Shown: piece by piece, positions 1 through 15,000 of the stretch
Layout: every line of letters begins with the position of its first letter
How positions within the stretch are numbered: the first letter of the stretch is position 1
Source of the DNA: an uncultured Methanosarcinales archaeon
GTDB taxonomy: Archaea; Nanobdellota; Nanobdellia; Woesearchaeales; DSVV01
Direction: 5' to 3'
NCBI GenBank assembly: GCA_964390375.1
Contig: CAYMIF010000003.1
Span: 1-63,474 of the forward strand
Length of the DNA stretch: 63,474 bases
Program-made: the position numbers and the translations under genes
Notes under the pieces: model-generated
Database searches by the model: none
Told to the model about the DNA's origin: nothing
Seen by the model: the letters and a program-made list of their open reading frames with translations, nothing else

Positions 1-3000
1 ACGTCAGGTTCCGGCACTCAGAAACCTCAAAAGCCCCGCACCCAGTCACGAACGTAGGCGGAGTCGGATCGAACACAGCATCATCGAAGTCCGATGCACA
101 GTCAGTGAACCAAAGTTCGATATCTGCGTTGGTCGGATCCCCTGAGAAATTTGTCGCATTGTAGTTCCCTGTCAGCCTGAGGTATGTTTCTGCGATTGTT
201 ATGTTACCGCCGTCGAGTCCAGTGGTTGTGACGTCCATCGAGGAAATGGCTGAAGTGGTTGCGTTTATATAGACAGAGCCGCCTCCTCCGGATTCACCTG
301 TTGTGCTTATTGCTCCTCTGTTGTCTATTGTTCCGTTGAATAAGATATCTGATGCATGTAGCGCGATCCTTCCGCCTGATCCTCCGCCGTCATTCCCAGT
401 CACATCAGCGGTCCTTGCGCTCAGGTTGCCGTATCCTCTGATATATGTTGCAGCTTCAAGAAGTATGCTTCCGCCGGAAGAGCTGCCCCTCGATGATGCG
501 CTTTGGTTGTTCCCTTTCATGCTGATTGTTCCGTTTACCTCAACATGTCCTGCAGAGATCAGTCTTACCGCGCCGCCGCCGTATGAATCTCCACCTCCGC
601 TTCCGAGTGTAACCGGATATTGCTCTGATCCGTATGTCGAAGCAGGGTTATCCCCTCCTCTGCCAGCATGGGCTCCTCCTTCAAGATCACTCCCCGCTCC
701 TGGTCCGTAATTATTCGCATATCCGCCTCTATAGCCGTCGATCCAGCCGTCGATAGTTATGTTCCCTGTTGCGTTTATCGACACTCCATAATTAGGAGGG
801 CTTGTATGGTTGTATCTTGGGCCCACACCGAACTTGGTGCCTCTGGGGATCACAAAATCACCCAGTATCGTATAGTTATTTGCTTCAAGGCCGATTGTGC
901 CGTTCACAGTCCAGTCGCCGGGATAAGTAAGGTTGTCTATTGTTCCCAGAGGGCTGCTGAAAGAGAAAGTTCCTGCCCTGCCAAGATATCCGTTCTCATA
1001 CTCACTGTATCCATCTGAGTCGACAGTATCCGACTTTCCGCCGGCAGCACTGATGATGCCAGTATATCCATATGAATTGAAATTTACCCTTATTCTTCCG
1101 CCGCCACCTGCACCGCTTGTGACTGTGCTTCCACCATCAGCAGCCAGGATTCCTTTTCCGGTTATATTATCTCCATAGAGCCATATGCTTCCGCCTGATC
1201 CGCCTGCTCTGGCTGCATTGTTGGTAAAGGAACTCATGTTGACTGTGCCGTCTATCCTGATAGTTCCTGGATCAGATCTGATCTTGATTGCAGAGCCTCC
1301 ATAATTGACATTCGAATCGCTTGAACCGCCCATCCCAAGGCTTGTCGGACCGGATGCATTTCCATATATGTCAGGTATTTGCTGGTCAGGCCCTCCTCCT
1401 TTTCCACCGTGTGAAGCGCCTGCAAAAGCGTTCGCGCAGACTCCTCCGCAGCAATTATCCATGAACCCAAGCCCGATTCCGTCGATCTCTGAATCTTGGC
1501 CTATTGTCACATTGCCCTGGCTGTTCCAAGACTGTCCCTGGCCGTATGGAGTGAGGTTGCCCATGACTCCCCAGAAATCCTGGTGCCTGGCATCGCCGTA
1601 GACCTTCACAGTCCCGTTCATGACAGCAATATCCCCGGACACATTCCACTCCTGTGTCCCCGAGTAGTTCCCGCCGTAATACCCTTCCGCAAACAGCGGC
1701 AGGAAGTATATCGTCCCTGCCCCATACGATGCCTCGACAGTAAACGACGCAAGCTCCTGCGGCATGGTATTGTTCGTCACATTGCAGTCCGCAGTCCCAG
1801 AGCCGTTGAACACCACATTTTCCCCTGCAACCGGCACATGCCCCAGCGACCAGCAGCTGCTGTCATTGAATGTCCTTGTCGCGCCGTTGCATACCCAGTT
1901 GTTCACCCCGCCTGAGAACGAGACATTATGTATGTAGTCCCTGCTCACGTTCACATAGGCCACATCCTCTCTTCCTGCAGATGTTGTATTGATGGTATAG
2001 TTAGATGTATCATATTTGTCTGTATAGTTCCAGTAGAATTCAAGAAGCGGCTGGGTATCGATGAATCCGCTGGCATCTGTCAGCACGCTGAAAGCCCATG
2101 TCCTGTTTTCGAATGCTGCTGTCACATTCGCTCCATTCACAGCAAGTCCGTCTGAGGTCACATTCACGTCCAGGTAATTGTAGTTGTAGATGGTTATATT
2201 TCCGTTATTAATAGTCGCATTCGTCTCGTTCCATGTTACATTATATAGTCTTAGATGGCTCGCATCATCTATGGAGCTTGTCAGGATATCGTCACCCATT
2301 ACAGAATTGACAATTGAGTTGTATATGCTTATGTTATAGCTTCCTGAAGAGATATATATTGCCTCTGTACCTGCAGCCAGGGTCGTGATATTGGAATTAT
2401 TGACGATCGCCTCGATACTGTTTCCGCTGTAGAATCTCAGTCCATATGAATCCCCTCTGACAACCATATCATTGTTGTCGAAGACATTGTCATCAGCATC
2501 ATCTCTTATGTACATGCCGATTGACATGCTACCATCCACATCTAAAGAATTATTTACGATAGTATTGTTATGGGATTGGTCTGTGAAATAGATGCCATGC
2601 GACCATCCGCTGCCGGTAGTTGTGATGTTGTTGTTGAATACATTGTTGTTCTCGCTCTCGGATATTTCCAATGCAGATGACCAACCTGTTGGGCTGGTGC
2701 TGTCGATGATGTTGTCTGTGATGTTATTGTTGTCTGATTTGATGAGTCCAAGCACATTAGCTCCTGGCTTGCCGGATGTCAGGTTATTGTTCCTGAAAGT
2801 CGAATTCGTGATGAAATAAACTCTCAGTCCATTTGTCGAGAAATTGCTGTCCTCGATTGTGATATTATTTGAATATGCCATATAGACTGCGCCGTATTCA
2901 CTGAAATTGACTCCAGTATATTCCGCTGAATTATTGTCGAATATATACAGTATCGGTTTCCCGTCTGCGAGGTTTGTCTGCGGTATGGTCTGGTTCAGGT

Positions 3001-6000
3001 AATCGTATCCAGGATTGCTCTGATAGAAACCAAGCGGGATGCAGCTGTCTGTTGTGATGTTGTTGTTGTGCAATGAGATTTCGTTTGATGCCTCTACAAA
3101 ATAAACGCCCATCGAAGCTCTATCCAAGGTATGTATTGTGTTGTATGTTATATTGGTTCCGGAAAGTTCACCTCTGATTCTCATGCCGTTGGATCCTGCT
3201 ACATTGGTAGTGATATTGTTCCTTGAGACGAACGCATCTCCTGAATCTTCAAGATAAATTCCAAATGAATAGCCGCCAAGGGTTATGATTGTATTGTTGT
3301 ATATCCTTGAGAAATTGGAATAAAGTATCCTCAATCCATAGCTTGAGCTCTCAGCATCCCTACCCTGCAAGATCCTGCAGTCTTCGACAGTTGTGTTGAA
3401 CGAGGTAGAGTTCAGCCCATACCCCTGCGAGCTGTAGCTGTAGTTGATCTCATATCCTGAGCAGTCCAGCGTAACATTCTCAGCAGCGACATTGAAGCAT
3501 GTCCCGGCAGAACTCACATTGTCCGTGAGCTGATACTCCCAGTTCGCAAAGGTCAAATCTCTGCATTCCGATACCAGGAAAGCACCACACCTCGTGACAA
3601 ACGTCGGCGGAGTAGGATCAAACCTAGCATCATCAAAGTCAGAGCTGCAGTCTGAATATTCAAGTCTGATCTCACCGCCGCTGTTGCTTCCGTTCGCAAG
3701 ATATGTACCGGACAATGTCATTAGTGTATCATTCAGTGTTATGTTTCCGCCGTTGTATCCGAATACGCTGACGTTCATTGATGATATGATGCTGTTCGAA
3801 GCATTGATATAAACTGTTCCTCCTGAACCATCATTGTTCCCATCTGAATCCTGACCTCCTATATTATTTATTTGACCGCTGAAATTTATTGATTCAGCAT
3901 GCATAGCTATTCTTCCTCCACCGCCACCTTCTTGTCCAATTCCTCCATTAGCATTAAGTGTGCCATTGCCGGAGATGTTTCCTCCCGCAATAAGCAATAT
4001 GGATCCGCCAGCACCCGCAGCAGAATTCCAGTTTGACCTATAGGTATGCATCAAGATCTCTCCTTCGACAGCGATATTGCCTGGTGTCTCAAGTCTTATA
4101 GCTGATCCACCTGGTCCGTTCTCACCTCCGCTACCTACACTTATCGGATATGTTAGAGAACCATATAGTTCGTCTCCTGAATTCCATCCATGTCCGCCAT
4201 ATGATCCGCCTGTATTTGTACCTCCGTCTCCAGGTCCTGCGAGGGATGGGAAGCCGAGCATATAACCATCGAGAGTGGCTCCTGCTGCAATTGATATATT
4301 ACCTGTTGCATTGATCCAGACTCCTCTTCCATCTGCTGTATTATTGTAGCATACATAGGCTTGATAATCACCTGAATTTCCGTGGCAGTCAGCATATATT
4401 CCTATTTCTGATCCTTCATAGACATTGAAATCACCAGCTATATTCGTGATATTGCCCTCGCCATAATCTCCACCCAGAAGACCTATGCTTCCGTTTAGGT
4501 TCCAGTCGAGCGGCCAGGTATTGTTTGTGAATGTAAATACTCCGAAAGTTGATGTATCAAATCCAGGCATTGTTCTGGTATAGATCTCTCCGTTAAAATC
4601 AGTTGTCTTGAAATCAAACCTTATGTATCCTGAGCCTGCAGATGCCCAGCTTCCACCTCCCTGCACTTTCAGAGTACCGCTTCCTGTGATATTTTCAGCA
4701 TCAAGCCATATGCTTCCGCCTGCACCGGAACGGTCCTGATTACCGTTCATGTCTATTTCCCCTTCTATTTCGATGAAACCATCATCTGTTTTCAATCTTA
4801 TTGCACTGCCTCCGTTTGAAGTTGATCCGCCTGAGCCGATGCTTGTTGGTGCAGTGGCATTTCCATAGAATATTGAGCTGCCCGAATATCCATCACTGGC
4901 ATGTGAAGCTCCGCAGTTGCTGTTGCAGCCTCCAGGCCCTTCGGTTGTTGTGAAGCCAAGGCCTTTACCGTCAATTTTTGCATCCTCTCCCACAGTGATA
5001 TTTCCAGACATCGACTGCCACTCCTGCCCGTGTCCTTCTCCAGTTATATTCCCTGGCTCAGTAGCACTCGAAGTCACATTATGCAGAAAATCCCCATATA
5101 TCTTCATAGTTCCATTAAGCACGCTGATATCCCCGCTCACATTCCAAACCTGCGTACCATCGTTGTTCCCTGTCCAGTCGCCTTCCGCAAACAGCGGCAG
5201 GAAGTATATCGTCCCTGCCCCATACGATCCCTCCACAGTAAACGACGCAAGCTCCTGCGGCATAGTATTGTTCGTCACATTGCAGTCCGCAGTCCCAGAG
5301 CTGTTGAACACTACATCATCTCCGGCGACCGGAACCCTTCCAAGGCTCCAGCACGAGTCATTGTCAAACCTGTTGACTGCTCCGTTGCAGATCCAGTAAT
5401 TGACTCCCACAGGATTGTAGTCGTCCGACAGCGGCAGGAAGTCTGTATTGTTTCCGCAGTCAACGCCTTCTGTGCATCCTGTCATCGTGCTCAGGTTCAA
5501 TGCCTGGTCGCAGAAACCATTGAAGTCAGAATCAAGGCAGTTGTCAGAGAAGCTGCCGGTGCTGTTGGTCCAGTAGTTCCCCCCGATCTCTGTTCCAGAG
5601 GAGTATATCCTTGTCCCTGGCTGCTGCGAAACATTCCAGGTATGGTTGTATATGGTATCTGAGAAACGTATATTTCCATACGTCCCGCTGTTGTTCAGCA
5701 GGTTGTTGTAGAATCGGTTGGGTCCGCTTAAGCCTGAGCCATCCTCAAAATATATGCCTGCCTCAGAATTTCCGTAGATTGTCGAGTTGCTTAGGTTGTT
5801 GAGGTCTGATCTCACTATCCTGATTCCGTATTCATTGTTTGTTGAAGTTATGTTCTCGAAATAATTGCTGTCTGAATTAAAATATACATACAATCCAGAA
5901 CCCTGTACAGAATCAACAGTGATATTTATGAACCTGTTATTTGTATCTGAGAAGAATGCGAATCCGTGGTATGAATCATTGACGAATATGTTAGTAAAAT

Positions 6001-9000
6001 TCGAATTATCCACACCTCTAAGCATTATATCATTATTCTCGATATCTGTATGCGACATTGTTACATTATTGACGCTCGATCCGTCTGCATTGCAGAGTAT
6101 CATCTGTGAGAAGTTGTTGTTCCAGCTGTCGATACTCACTGCTTCATCAAAATACACTATCGGCTTGTTGTCTGTCCCCGTCACATTATTTATTTCATGG
6201 TCGCAGCTTGTGCCAGAAATGCTTATGTCACGATAGGTATTGTTGGCTATGACGCTGTCATTTATTGTGACATGATTGGAATACCTGATCTGGATCCCAT
6301 TGAAATTATCTATGCTGGTCAGTCCAATAGCAGTCATATAGTCTCCGTTATATGTTTCCACTCCGTCTCCGCTGCCGGATGTTGTTATGTTTATGAGAGT
6401 GACATTGTCTGCGTTCCTGATATAAATGTTATGGTTGCCCCAATCGCTCACATTGCAGTTCACTACAGTGACATTGGAGTCGGTCTCTGCAGACCTGTAT
6501 ACATATATACCGTCAAGAGCAGTTCCATCGCTGTCAACAGAATGCCCCTGGCAGTCCAGCCAGACATCATCAGCAGATATGTTCATGCAGTAAGGGACAC
6601 CAGAGTCGATGATGCTGTCATTCAGGAGATACACACCGGGCTGTGTGAAGTTACGGCAGCCGCTTATGTTCTCTGCCAGGGTATAGTTTGAGAAATGCGT
6701 CACATTGAAGGTCACATTATTCGCGTCATTCGATATCATATAGCACTCCCTGCAGACCTCTCCGTCCACGAGCACCGCAGGATTGGAGAGATTGACCCAA
6801 TACATCGTGATGTTTGCCGAGCTGTTTAGGCTCTCGTCGAGGAATGACGTATTGACCTTGATATAGTTATGGTTCAGAAGCACATGTGAATCAAAGTCAT
6901 TGCCTCTTGCATCTATGCATGATAGCCAGTCGATTCTCGCAGTATCGTTTATCGCAACCGTAGCATTGCAGACATTATACATGTCAGTGATCTCATTGAA
7001 GTCGGTCGTCGGCGGAACATCGAACAGTTCATAGGTTGCATTGTCAGCGAACTGCCCGCCGGCACCCTGAAGGGTAAGCTGCGGATATTCATCCTCCACC
7101 TCGCTCCACACTGAATAGAAGCTCCAGTTCGCCATTGGCTCGCTTCCCGGATACACGTCTCCCTTGAAATAGTCGCTGTCATCCTCTATTGCATTGCATT
7201 CTGTGTCATAGTCGCCGGTCTCATTCCACCAGCAGTGGTCAGGATTGCCTGAATGATTGTTCCACCACACATTGTCAAGCTGCGTGATGGTATCGTCGAA
7301 CCATGCGATGAATCCGCTCACCTCATTGTTTCCGCTCACATTGTTGTCTGCAAAGGAATAGTTGATGCCGTCGTATGCACCCTGCACGTACCCGATGAAT
7401 CCAGCAGTATAGTTTGCATTTCCTCCCACTACATCCCCTGTCGCATAGCTGTGGCTGATTGTTCCGGATTCAGCATAACCTGCGAATCCGCCTATGTAAT
7501 AATTGGTCGTATCATGGCTCACGATTGTGCTTGTCACGGTTCCTGTAGTATAGCAGTCGATCTTCGCCCTTCTCCTGGCTTTTCCGTCAAATCCGCCGAC
7601 ATTATGCCCGCTGCTCGTCACATTGCCTGCAGCATAGCATCTCGATGTCACCCCGAAGTCTTTTCCGATAAATCCGCCCACGTTCCAGAATCCTCCGCTG
7701 ACATTTCCAAGAGCATACGAATCATTGACAACTCCATTATCATGGCTCTGTCCGATAAGCCCGCCAGCATCATTTGTGTCGTCAGAGTTATTCACGTAGA
7801 CATCAGCAGAGCAGTTGCCCACAAACCCGTCATTGTATCCCATCAGCCCGCCTGCCATGTTCCCGTCGCAGTTCACGATGCCGGTCACATTGCAGTTTTT
7901 CACAGTTCCGCCGTCATTGTATCCGACAAGGCTGCCAGTGGACCAGTTTCCGGTTATGTCCACGTCCAAAAGCTCGACATTGCTGATATTGACAGCGCTG
8001 CTCGTATAGCCGAACAATCCTACATATGTCCTGGAGGGCCTGTTTATCGCAAGTCCGGTGATGCTGTATCCATTGCCTTCAAGCGTTCCTGTGAACTGGT
8101 GTGTGTTGTTTCCGATAGGCTCAAACCCTGCACCTCCGTTGTACAGTGCTCCAGCAGGATCCTGCGTATCGAATGTGCAGTCGACATTCGCGCCCAGGCT
8201 GTAGCTTTCCGTCAGGTCCTGGTTCATCTCCTGCAGCTCTTCGCAGCTCGTGATGTTTGATGTGACAAGTTTTGTCACCCGCGTCTCAGTCCAGTTCAGG
8301 TTTCCTGCCAGGTCCTGTGCATAAGCCTTGAAAGTGTGGTTGCCTTGTGTCAGGTTGTCATCATAGTCGATATAAGCATATCTGGATGAACCGTTCGCAT
8401 ACACTGCTGCGATCTCGTCTGGCTCCAGGCTTCTGTTGAATATCAGGATATCGTCGACTGTTCCGTTGAACTCTTCACCAGGATCATTCCATATAGGGTT
8501 GTTCCAGTCCCTGTGGCTTCCGTCCCATCCGCCGAAATCCAGCGTATACCACCATTTGAGCATAGACTTGTTGAATATGCCCGTGGCCATATGCTCTGCA
8601 TCCAGATATACCTCATAAGAGCCGTTTATCGGGTTTGCTGTATCATTCGTATAGGTCAGTGCGACATGGTGCCATTCCCCAAGCCCCACGTTAGCTATAT
8701 GTTCAGAATAGCTGTCAGCGATCGAATACTGCTGCATATATGCATACATATCATCATCAGTTGCATTGAAGTATATATAGACCCTATCAGACACGCTTGA
8801 GCCGGTTATCTGTCGGGTGCCTCTGCAGTCAGGCCAGCAGAAATGCGAGAACACATAGTTCCTGTCAGTGCTTCCAGCATTTATATTATGATAGCCGTCT
8901 CTTCTGAACCAGAACATGATTGTCCCTGAGGCATTGGTCAATCCATTGGTTGAATTGATCTGCACAGTATCATTGGCGCCGTCAAGCTCGACGCCTCTTC

Positions 9001-12000
9001 CCAGCTTTCCTGAAGCGTATTCAGCATTTCCTTTCAGCCAGTTCGTGCTCTTGTTATTGTTTCCCATGTAATCCCAGACATTATTTTCCAGCCTGAACCA
9101 AGACACAAGCGTTCCGTCAAGATCCACAACGACAGAGACATTCGAAGTATCATTAGCAGACACATTTACTATTATGTCTCCTTCAGTCGAGTCATTCGCA
9201 TTTGTAGGCCAGACAAATGCGATATCCGGATTTATCGTATCCACCTCGACATCCCTGGTCTCAGTGGTATTGACATTGCCTGCCCTATCCTGCGCATACG
9301 CAGTGAAACTATGGCTTCCGTCAGATAGGTCTGTATAGTTCAATCCCTCGTATCTCCGTGACTGGTTCGCATAGAGTGCGGCGACCTCTTCTGAAGACAA
9401 GCTGCGGTTGAATATCATGACATCGTCGATTGTTCCGTTGAAATCTCTATTATCAACACCGTTCCCGATCCTGAGAGGGTTTGTGGCGCCGGTATTCGTC
9501 TTTCCGGTCAATGGGCCCTGTGATTTAGTCCCTAATTCATTGTCGACATACAATAGCACGTTGGTCCCGTTGTATACCCCGACCAGATGATGCCATTTGT
9601 TGAACTCGGATTCTGGTATCCCTACATCATGTGTTCCTTGGCCTGTACTAGTCCCGTTCCATACCATGAAATCCACTTCAAGGTCTCCGTTTGCTTCCCA
9701 CCACATATAGAATACATCTGGTCCCGCACCATATCGTGATATGAAGTACTGGTTGCTTCCGCTGTCTGAGTAGTTGCTCTTGGCATATGCCCATAGCGAT
9801 ACAGTAAGGCCATCGAGGCCCTCATCAAAGTCGACATCTCCGATGTCGATGGAGTCCCCGTCGCCGTCGAAGTCGAAACCTCTCCCGAAATATCCAGAAT
9901 CAGTCTGTATTGCATCCCCTATCGCACTGCCATTGTTCCTGTTGAGGTAATCCACAACCCCTCCGCTCGAATTTAGTTCGTCCATCCGCATCCAGAAAAC
10001 GAGCGAAGAATCAAAGTCCACGAACACCGACACATTATTAGTATCATTCGCAGAAACATTCACAAACACGAAGTCATCCCCTATCATGCTTCCATCTCCT
10101 ATAGTAACGTCAACAAAGCTGATGTTCGGGTTCACAGTATCAACATTGAAGTCCGCCCTGCCGCTTTCTGCAACATTCCCTGACAGGTCCTGCGAATAGG
10201 CAGTATAATGATGTTCTCCTTCCGAGAAATCGCTGACATTCACGATAACATGCTTCGATGAGCTGTTTGCATAAAGCCCTGCGATCTCCTCTGCGCTCAG
10301 TGACCTGTTGAAGAGCATCACGTCATCAATGGTTCCGTTCATGCCGTTGCCCCATCCCCAGTTCGTGTTGACAGCACCGATTCCAGGCACCCTGTCGCCT
10401 GAATAGTCCACAGTATTCGTGGTCGTGGTGGTATTCTCCAGCTGTCCGTTGATATAGATTGATATGTTGTTTCCGTCGTAAGTTCCAGCGATATGATACC
10501 ATGTTTCATTCTCAAGTCTGGTAGAGGATTTTAGGGCAACAGAATCAGGAGCATACCACATGGTTCCTACTTCTGTGCCGCTATATATGAAGAGCTCCCA
10601 GTTTCCGTTTAGCCCCCTGACATCATCAGCGAATATTCCTTGTGTACCTGCTTCATTTTTCCAGACCCAGGCAGCGATTGTAAAGTTATAGACGTGCAGT
10701 GCTGTTGTGTTCGTCAGGTTGATCATGTCTCCGTCCTGGTCAAAGCTGAATCCTTTCCCGAACATCCCTTCTGTCTGCCCGCTGTCACCTGACGGTGTTC
10801 CGTTCGTCCTGCCCATGTAATCGACGACACCGCCTGTAGCATTCAGGTCATCCATCCTCCACCATGACACCAAAGAATCATCTATGTCCACGAACAAGGA
10901 GACATTATTGTAGTCGCTGGCATTCACGTCAAATTCTATGATGCTTGAGTTCCAGTAAGAGTTATTAGATGGTGAATTTGCATCTGCTGTCGGTATGGCA
11001 TTGTCCAACGTAAACACATCGGACATGATGTTTTCGCTCGATGTTATGTTATAGCTGTGCTGCTGGGCATCATAGCTTGAATTCGAGGCATTGATAAGAT
11101 ACTCTGAGAAATATGCGATGCTTCCATTGTTGTTGATATAATCTATTACAGATACACTATCAGTCCATCCGCTCGGATAAGTGAGCTCGCTGAACTGTAT
11201 ATCGCCAGTCGAGTTGTATCCTGAGACATTGATGCCGCCGAGGGAGTTTCCTTCAGTGTCATTCACATAGGCCCTGTAGTACCACAGCCTGACATAATGT
11301 GATGGTCCGCCGTCAAGGCTGTTGTTGAAATAGTCTGAGCTGAAGCTTGCATTATAGAACATGTTCTCAATATTTCCTGAGCCAGGATCATCGGTCCAGA
11401 AATAAACATCTGTTCTGGCAGAGTTCTCGATTTCAGTATCTTTCACAATATTATATGAAGTGTTTCCGCCAGTTCCTGAAGAATACATGTAGATTCCGTC
11501 TGTGGAGTCATTGATATAGTTTGATTGCAGGGTATTGTTCCAGGAAGCGACAATGTAAATTCCTTTCTTGTGTGCCACGAACCTGCAGTCAGACACAGTA
11601 TTGTTTGGGCTTAGATAGAAGGTCACTCCTTCGTCCACGTTCGAGCTGAAGTTCGACCTGATGATTGTATTGTTGCCTGTCCTGGAGAGATATATCCCGT
11701 CATTTCCGTTGAGGTCCATCGTAATGTTGTCGAAAGTATTGTTCTCACCATAATAAATTCCTGCGCCGTCGTCTGCGTTCGAGCTTAGGTTGCAGTCATA
11801 TATCATGTTGTCATATGCCTGCTCAAGCTTCACCCCTTTCCAGTTCTCGTATGCAGATATATTATATATCCTTGAGCCATTGGTTCCATCCAGGAATATC
11901 CCTGCTCCGTCCCGGTCTCCGCATGCATCATAGTCTCCGAAATAGCTGATGTTCTCAAAGTCTTTTATGGTGACATTTACCTGTCCGCCTGCATGTATTC

Positions 12001-15000
12001 CAAAGTCCTCTCCGCAGTCTGTGTTGTTGCCGGTGATAGAATAGCCTCTTCCTTCAAGTGTCACATTGTCTGCTGAGATGACTATGCATGTGACATTGGT
12101 ATAAAGGTCCTGGGTGAGGTAGTAGAGCTTGTTAGGCATGCTCAGTTCAGTGCATTCGCTAATCTCGCTGAAATTCAGTTCAGCATCCTGGCTGTCGGTC
12201 GCATTCACGTTCCCTGCCCTGTCCTGCGCATACGCAGTGAATGTATGGTTGCCTTCAGATAGGCTGCTGAAATTCACCCCAAGATAGACTGAGTTCTGCC
12301 CAGCATAGATTGCACTGATTTCATTGTCTTCCAGCGACCGGTTGAATATCATCACATCATCGATCTTTCCATTCCATTCCTCAGTGAACGATCCTGACAG
12401 GTCCCCTATCCTTGACGTGTCTCCTGGAGGATTGGCTGTCCTGGCAATCGGAATGAGGTCCTGCGAAGCATTGAAAATCCTGCTGCCGTTCACATACAGC
12501 ACCTTGTCTGTTCCGTTCCATGTGACTGCGAGATGTATCCATGTATCGGTTGATAGGTTGGTGTCGAAATTATCTGAATCAAAAGTGGTGCCATTTGAGA
12601 TAGACAGTACTGCATCTCCGTCCGTATCCACGTAGAAATAAGGATGCCGATCAGAATTTCCTCCGAACTCTCCAGTGAATATGACATTGATTCCTCTTGC
12701 ATAATCATAAGCATACACCCATGCAGCGATTGTTCCATAGATAGGGATCAGGCTTGTATCATTGCCAAGATCAATCCAGTCATCATCTCCGTCAAATTCA
12801 AATGCCTTGCCCATGTAGCCAGAATCAACCTGATTCGGTCCGCCAGGACCAGGATTCCAGCCGCCGTTCCTCGTGCCGTTATGTCTTTCTGTGTAGTCTT
12901 GTGGATCTCCTGATGAATTCACATCATCCATCCTCATCCAAAGGAGCAGATCATCATCCCAGTCCACGAACACAGACACATTCGAAGAATCATTAGCAGA
13001 CACATTGACAAAAACGAAGTCATCTGTTGTAGCATATCCGCTGGAAGGCTCGATTATGCTGATGTTCGGGTTCACCGTATCCACGAAGAAATAATCAAAT
13101 CCAGTATATCCCCAGTTGTCCGATGTATCATTGCATGAGAACACGACATGATAGCTGTCATCAGGCATAGAGCCGTTCGTATAGTTGAACATGTACGAGC
13201 TGAACTTCTCCATAGAAACGTTCGCTCCGCCAGAGACAGACATCCCGCACCACGAGCCTGCCCGATCAACGCTGACATTGAAATCCATTGAGCTGTTAGC
13301 GTACCAGCTCCAGTTGACTGGCTTGTTTATTGTTATTATTAGAGGGCAGTTTGTCGAATAGAACGGGTCTGGATTGAAAGTACCCGCACTAAAGTCCGAA
13401 CTGCAGTCTGAGAATTCAAGCCTGATCACGCCGTCGCTGCTTCCGCCTGTCGCATTATAATCTCCGCTGATTATAAGCAGGCTGTCATTGAGTGTTATGT
13501 TCCCGCCTTTTTGTGAGCCATATGCGTCTATTTCAATGCTTGTTTCGATTCTGCTGCTGGCATTGATGAAGACTGTCCCACCGTCGCCCGGCTCCGACCC
13601 GCTGGTTCTTGAGTATGCGTTTATATCTCCTGTGAAGTTGACAACATCGCCCCAGATGGCCACCCTTCCTCCAGCTCCTGAATTGTATCCTATGTTGGTA
13701 TTTGCTCCGATTGCAGAGATAGTTCCATTTCCGCTCACAGTTTCTCCGGAAACCCATATGCTTCCGCCAGAGCCAGTGTGGCCATATGTTCGTGAGTTGG
13801 CATATATAGATCCATTGATCAATACTGTTTCATCTGTCTCTAGTTTTATCGCAGCACCGCCATTGGTTCCCTGTCCACCGCTTCCAAGGGCAACAGGTGA
13901 AGTGAGACTGCCGTAAGGCTGACAGCCGTTGTCTGCGCCTATTCCACCGTGGCATGCCCCTGTGCTCGAAGAACCAGGTCCTGCACCTTTTGTTGAGGGG
14001 AAACCAGTCTCAGAGCCGCTGATTGTCGATCCCCCTGGTATAGTTATATTACCTGTAACATTCAGCCAGACACCACTTCCTTCTGTTGTGGTATTATAGC
14101 AGACAAATGCCTTGTATTGTCCGGAGTTTCCGAAGCAGTCACCGTATATCTTGATATCATACCCATTCAGGTCAAGATTGCCCCTTATGTTTGTCACATT
14201 TCCATCTCCGAAGTCGCCTCCGAGTAGTCCTATGTCTCCTGTAAGTGTCATGTCTTTGGGCCAGGTATTATTTGTGAATGTCAGTGTACCGTGTGTTCCT
14301 GGTTCACTCCCTGTTGTTCTGCTCGCAAGGGATATATTGCCGTCAAATTCCAGATTCTTAAGATATCCGAATCTTATCCTTCCGCCTGCGCCAGCTCCAT
14401 AACCTATGGTTGTCGCACCGCCTCTTGCATGCACAAATCCGTTGCCTGTGATATTATCTGCCAGCAGCCACACGCTCCCCCCTGCTCCGCTGTCGGAGCC
14501 AGCTATTCCGTCCATGTCTATCTCACCGGAAATATTTATTATAGTTCCGGTTAATTTTATTGCAGATCCGCCTTCTCTGGAATCTGTTGCAGATCCCAGG
14601 CTGGTCGGCCCGGTTGCGTTTCCATATGGGTCTGGAGTAAAACTTCCTCTCTCTCCGCCGAACCCTCCGTGTGAAGCAGAATCACCCTCTGATTTATCAT
14701 ATCCAGGTCCTGCACGCGTTCCAAATCCAAGTCCAGCTCCGTCCAGTACAGCATCTTCCCCTATATTTATGTTTCCGCTGATGCTGTTCCAGCCCTGTCC
14801 AGCACCCTCAGCAGTCAGATTCCCCGGCCCATGAGCTGATGAGGTCTCATTATGCAGATAATCACCCCAAACCTCAACAGTACCGTTCAATACAGCAATA
14901 TCCCCAGAAACATTCCACTCCTGTGTTCCTGAATAATTCCCTCCGTAATATCCCTCCGCGAACAGAGGAAGGAAGTATATCGTGCCGGCACCGTACGACC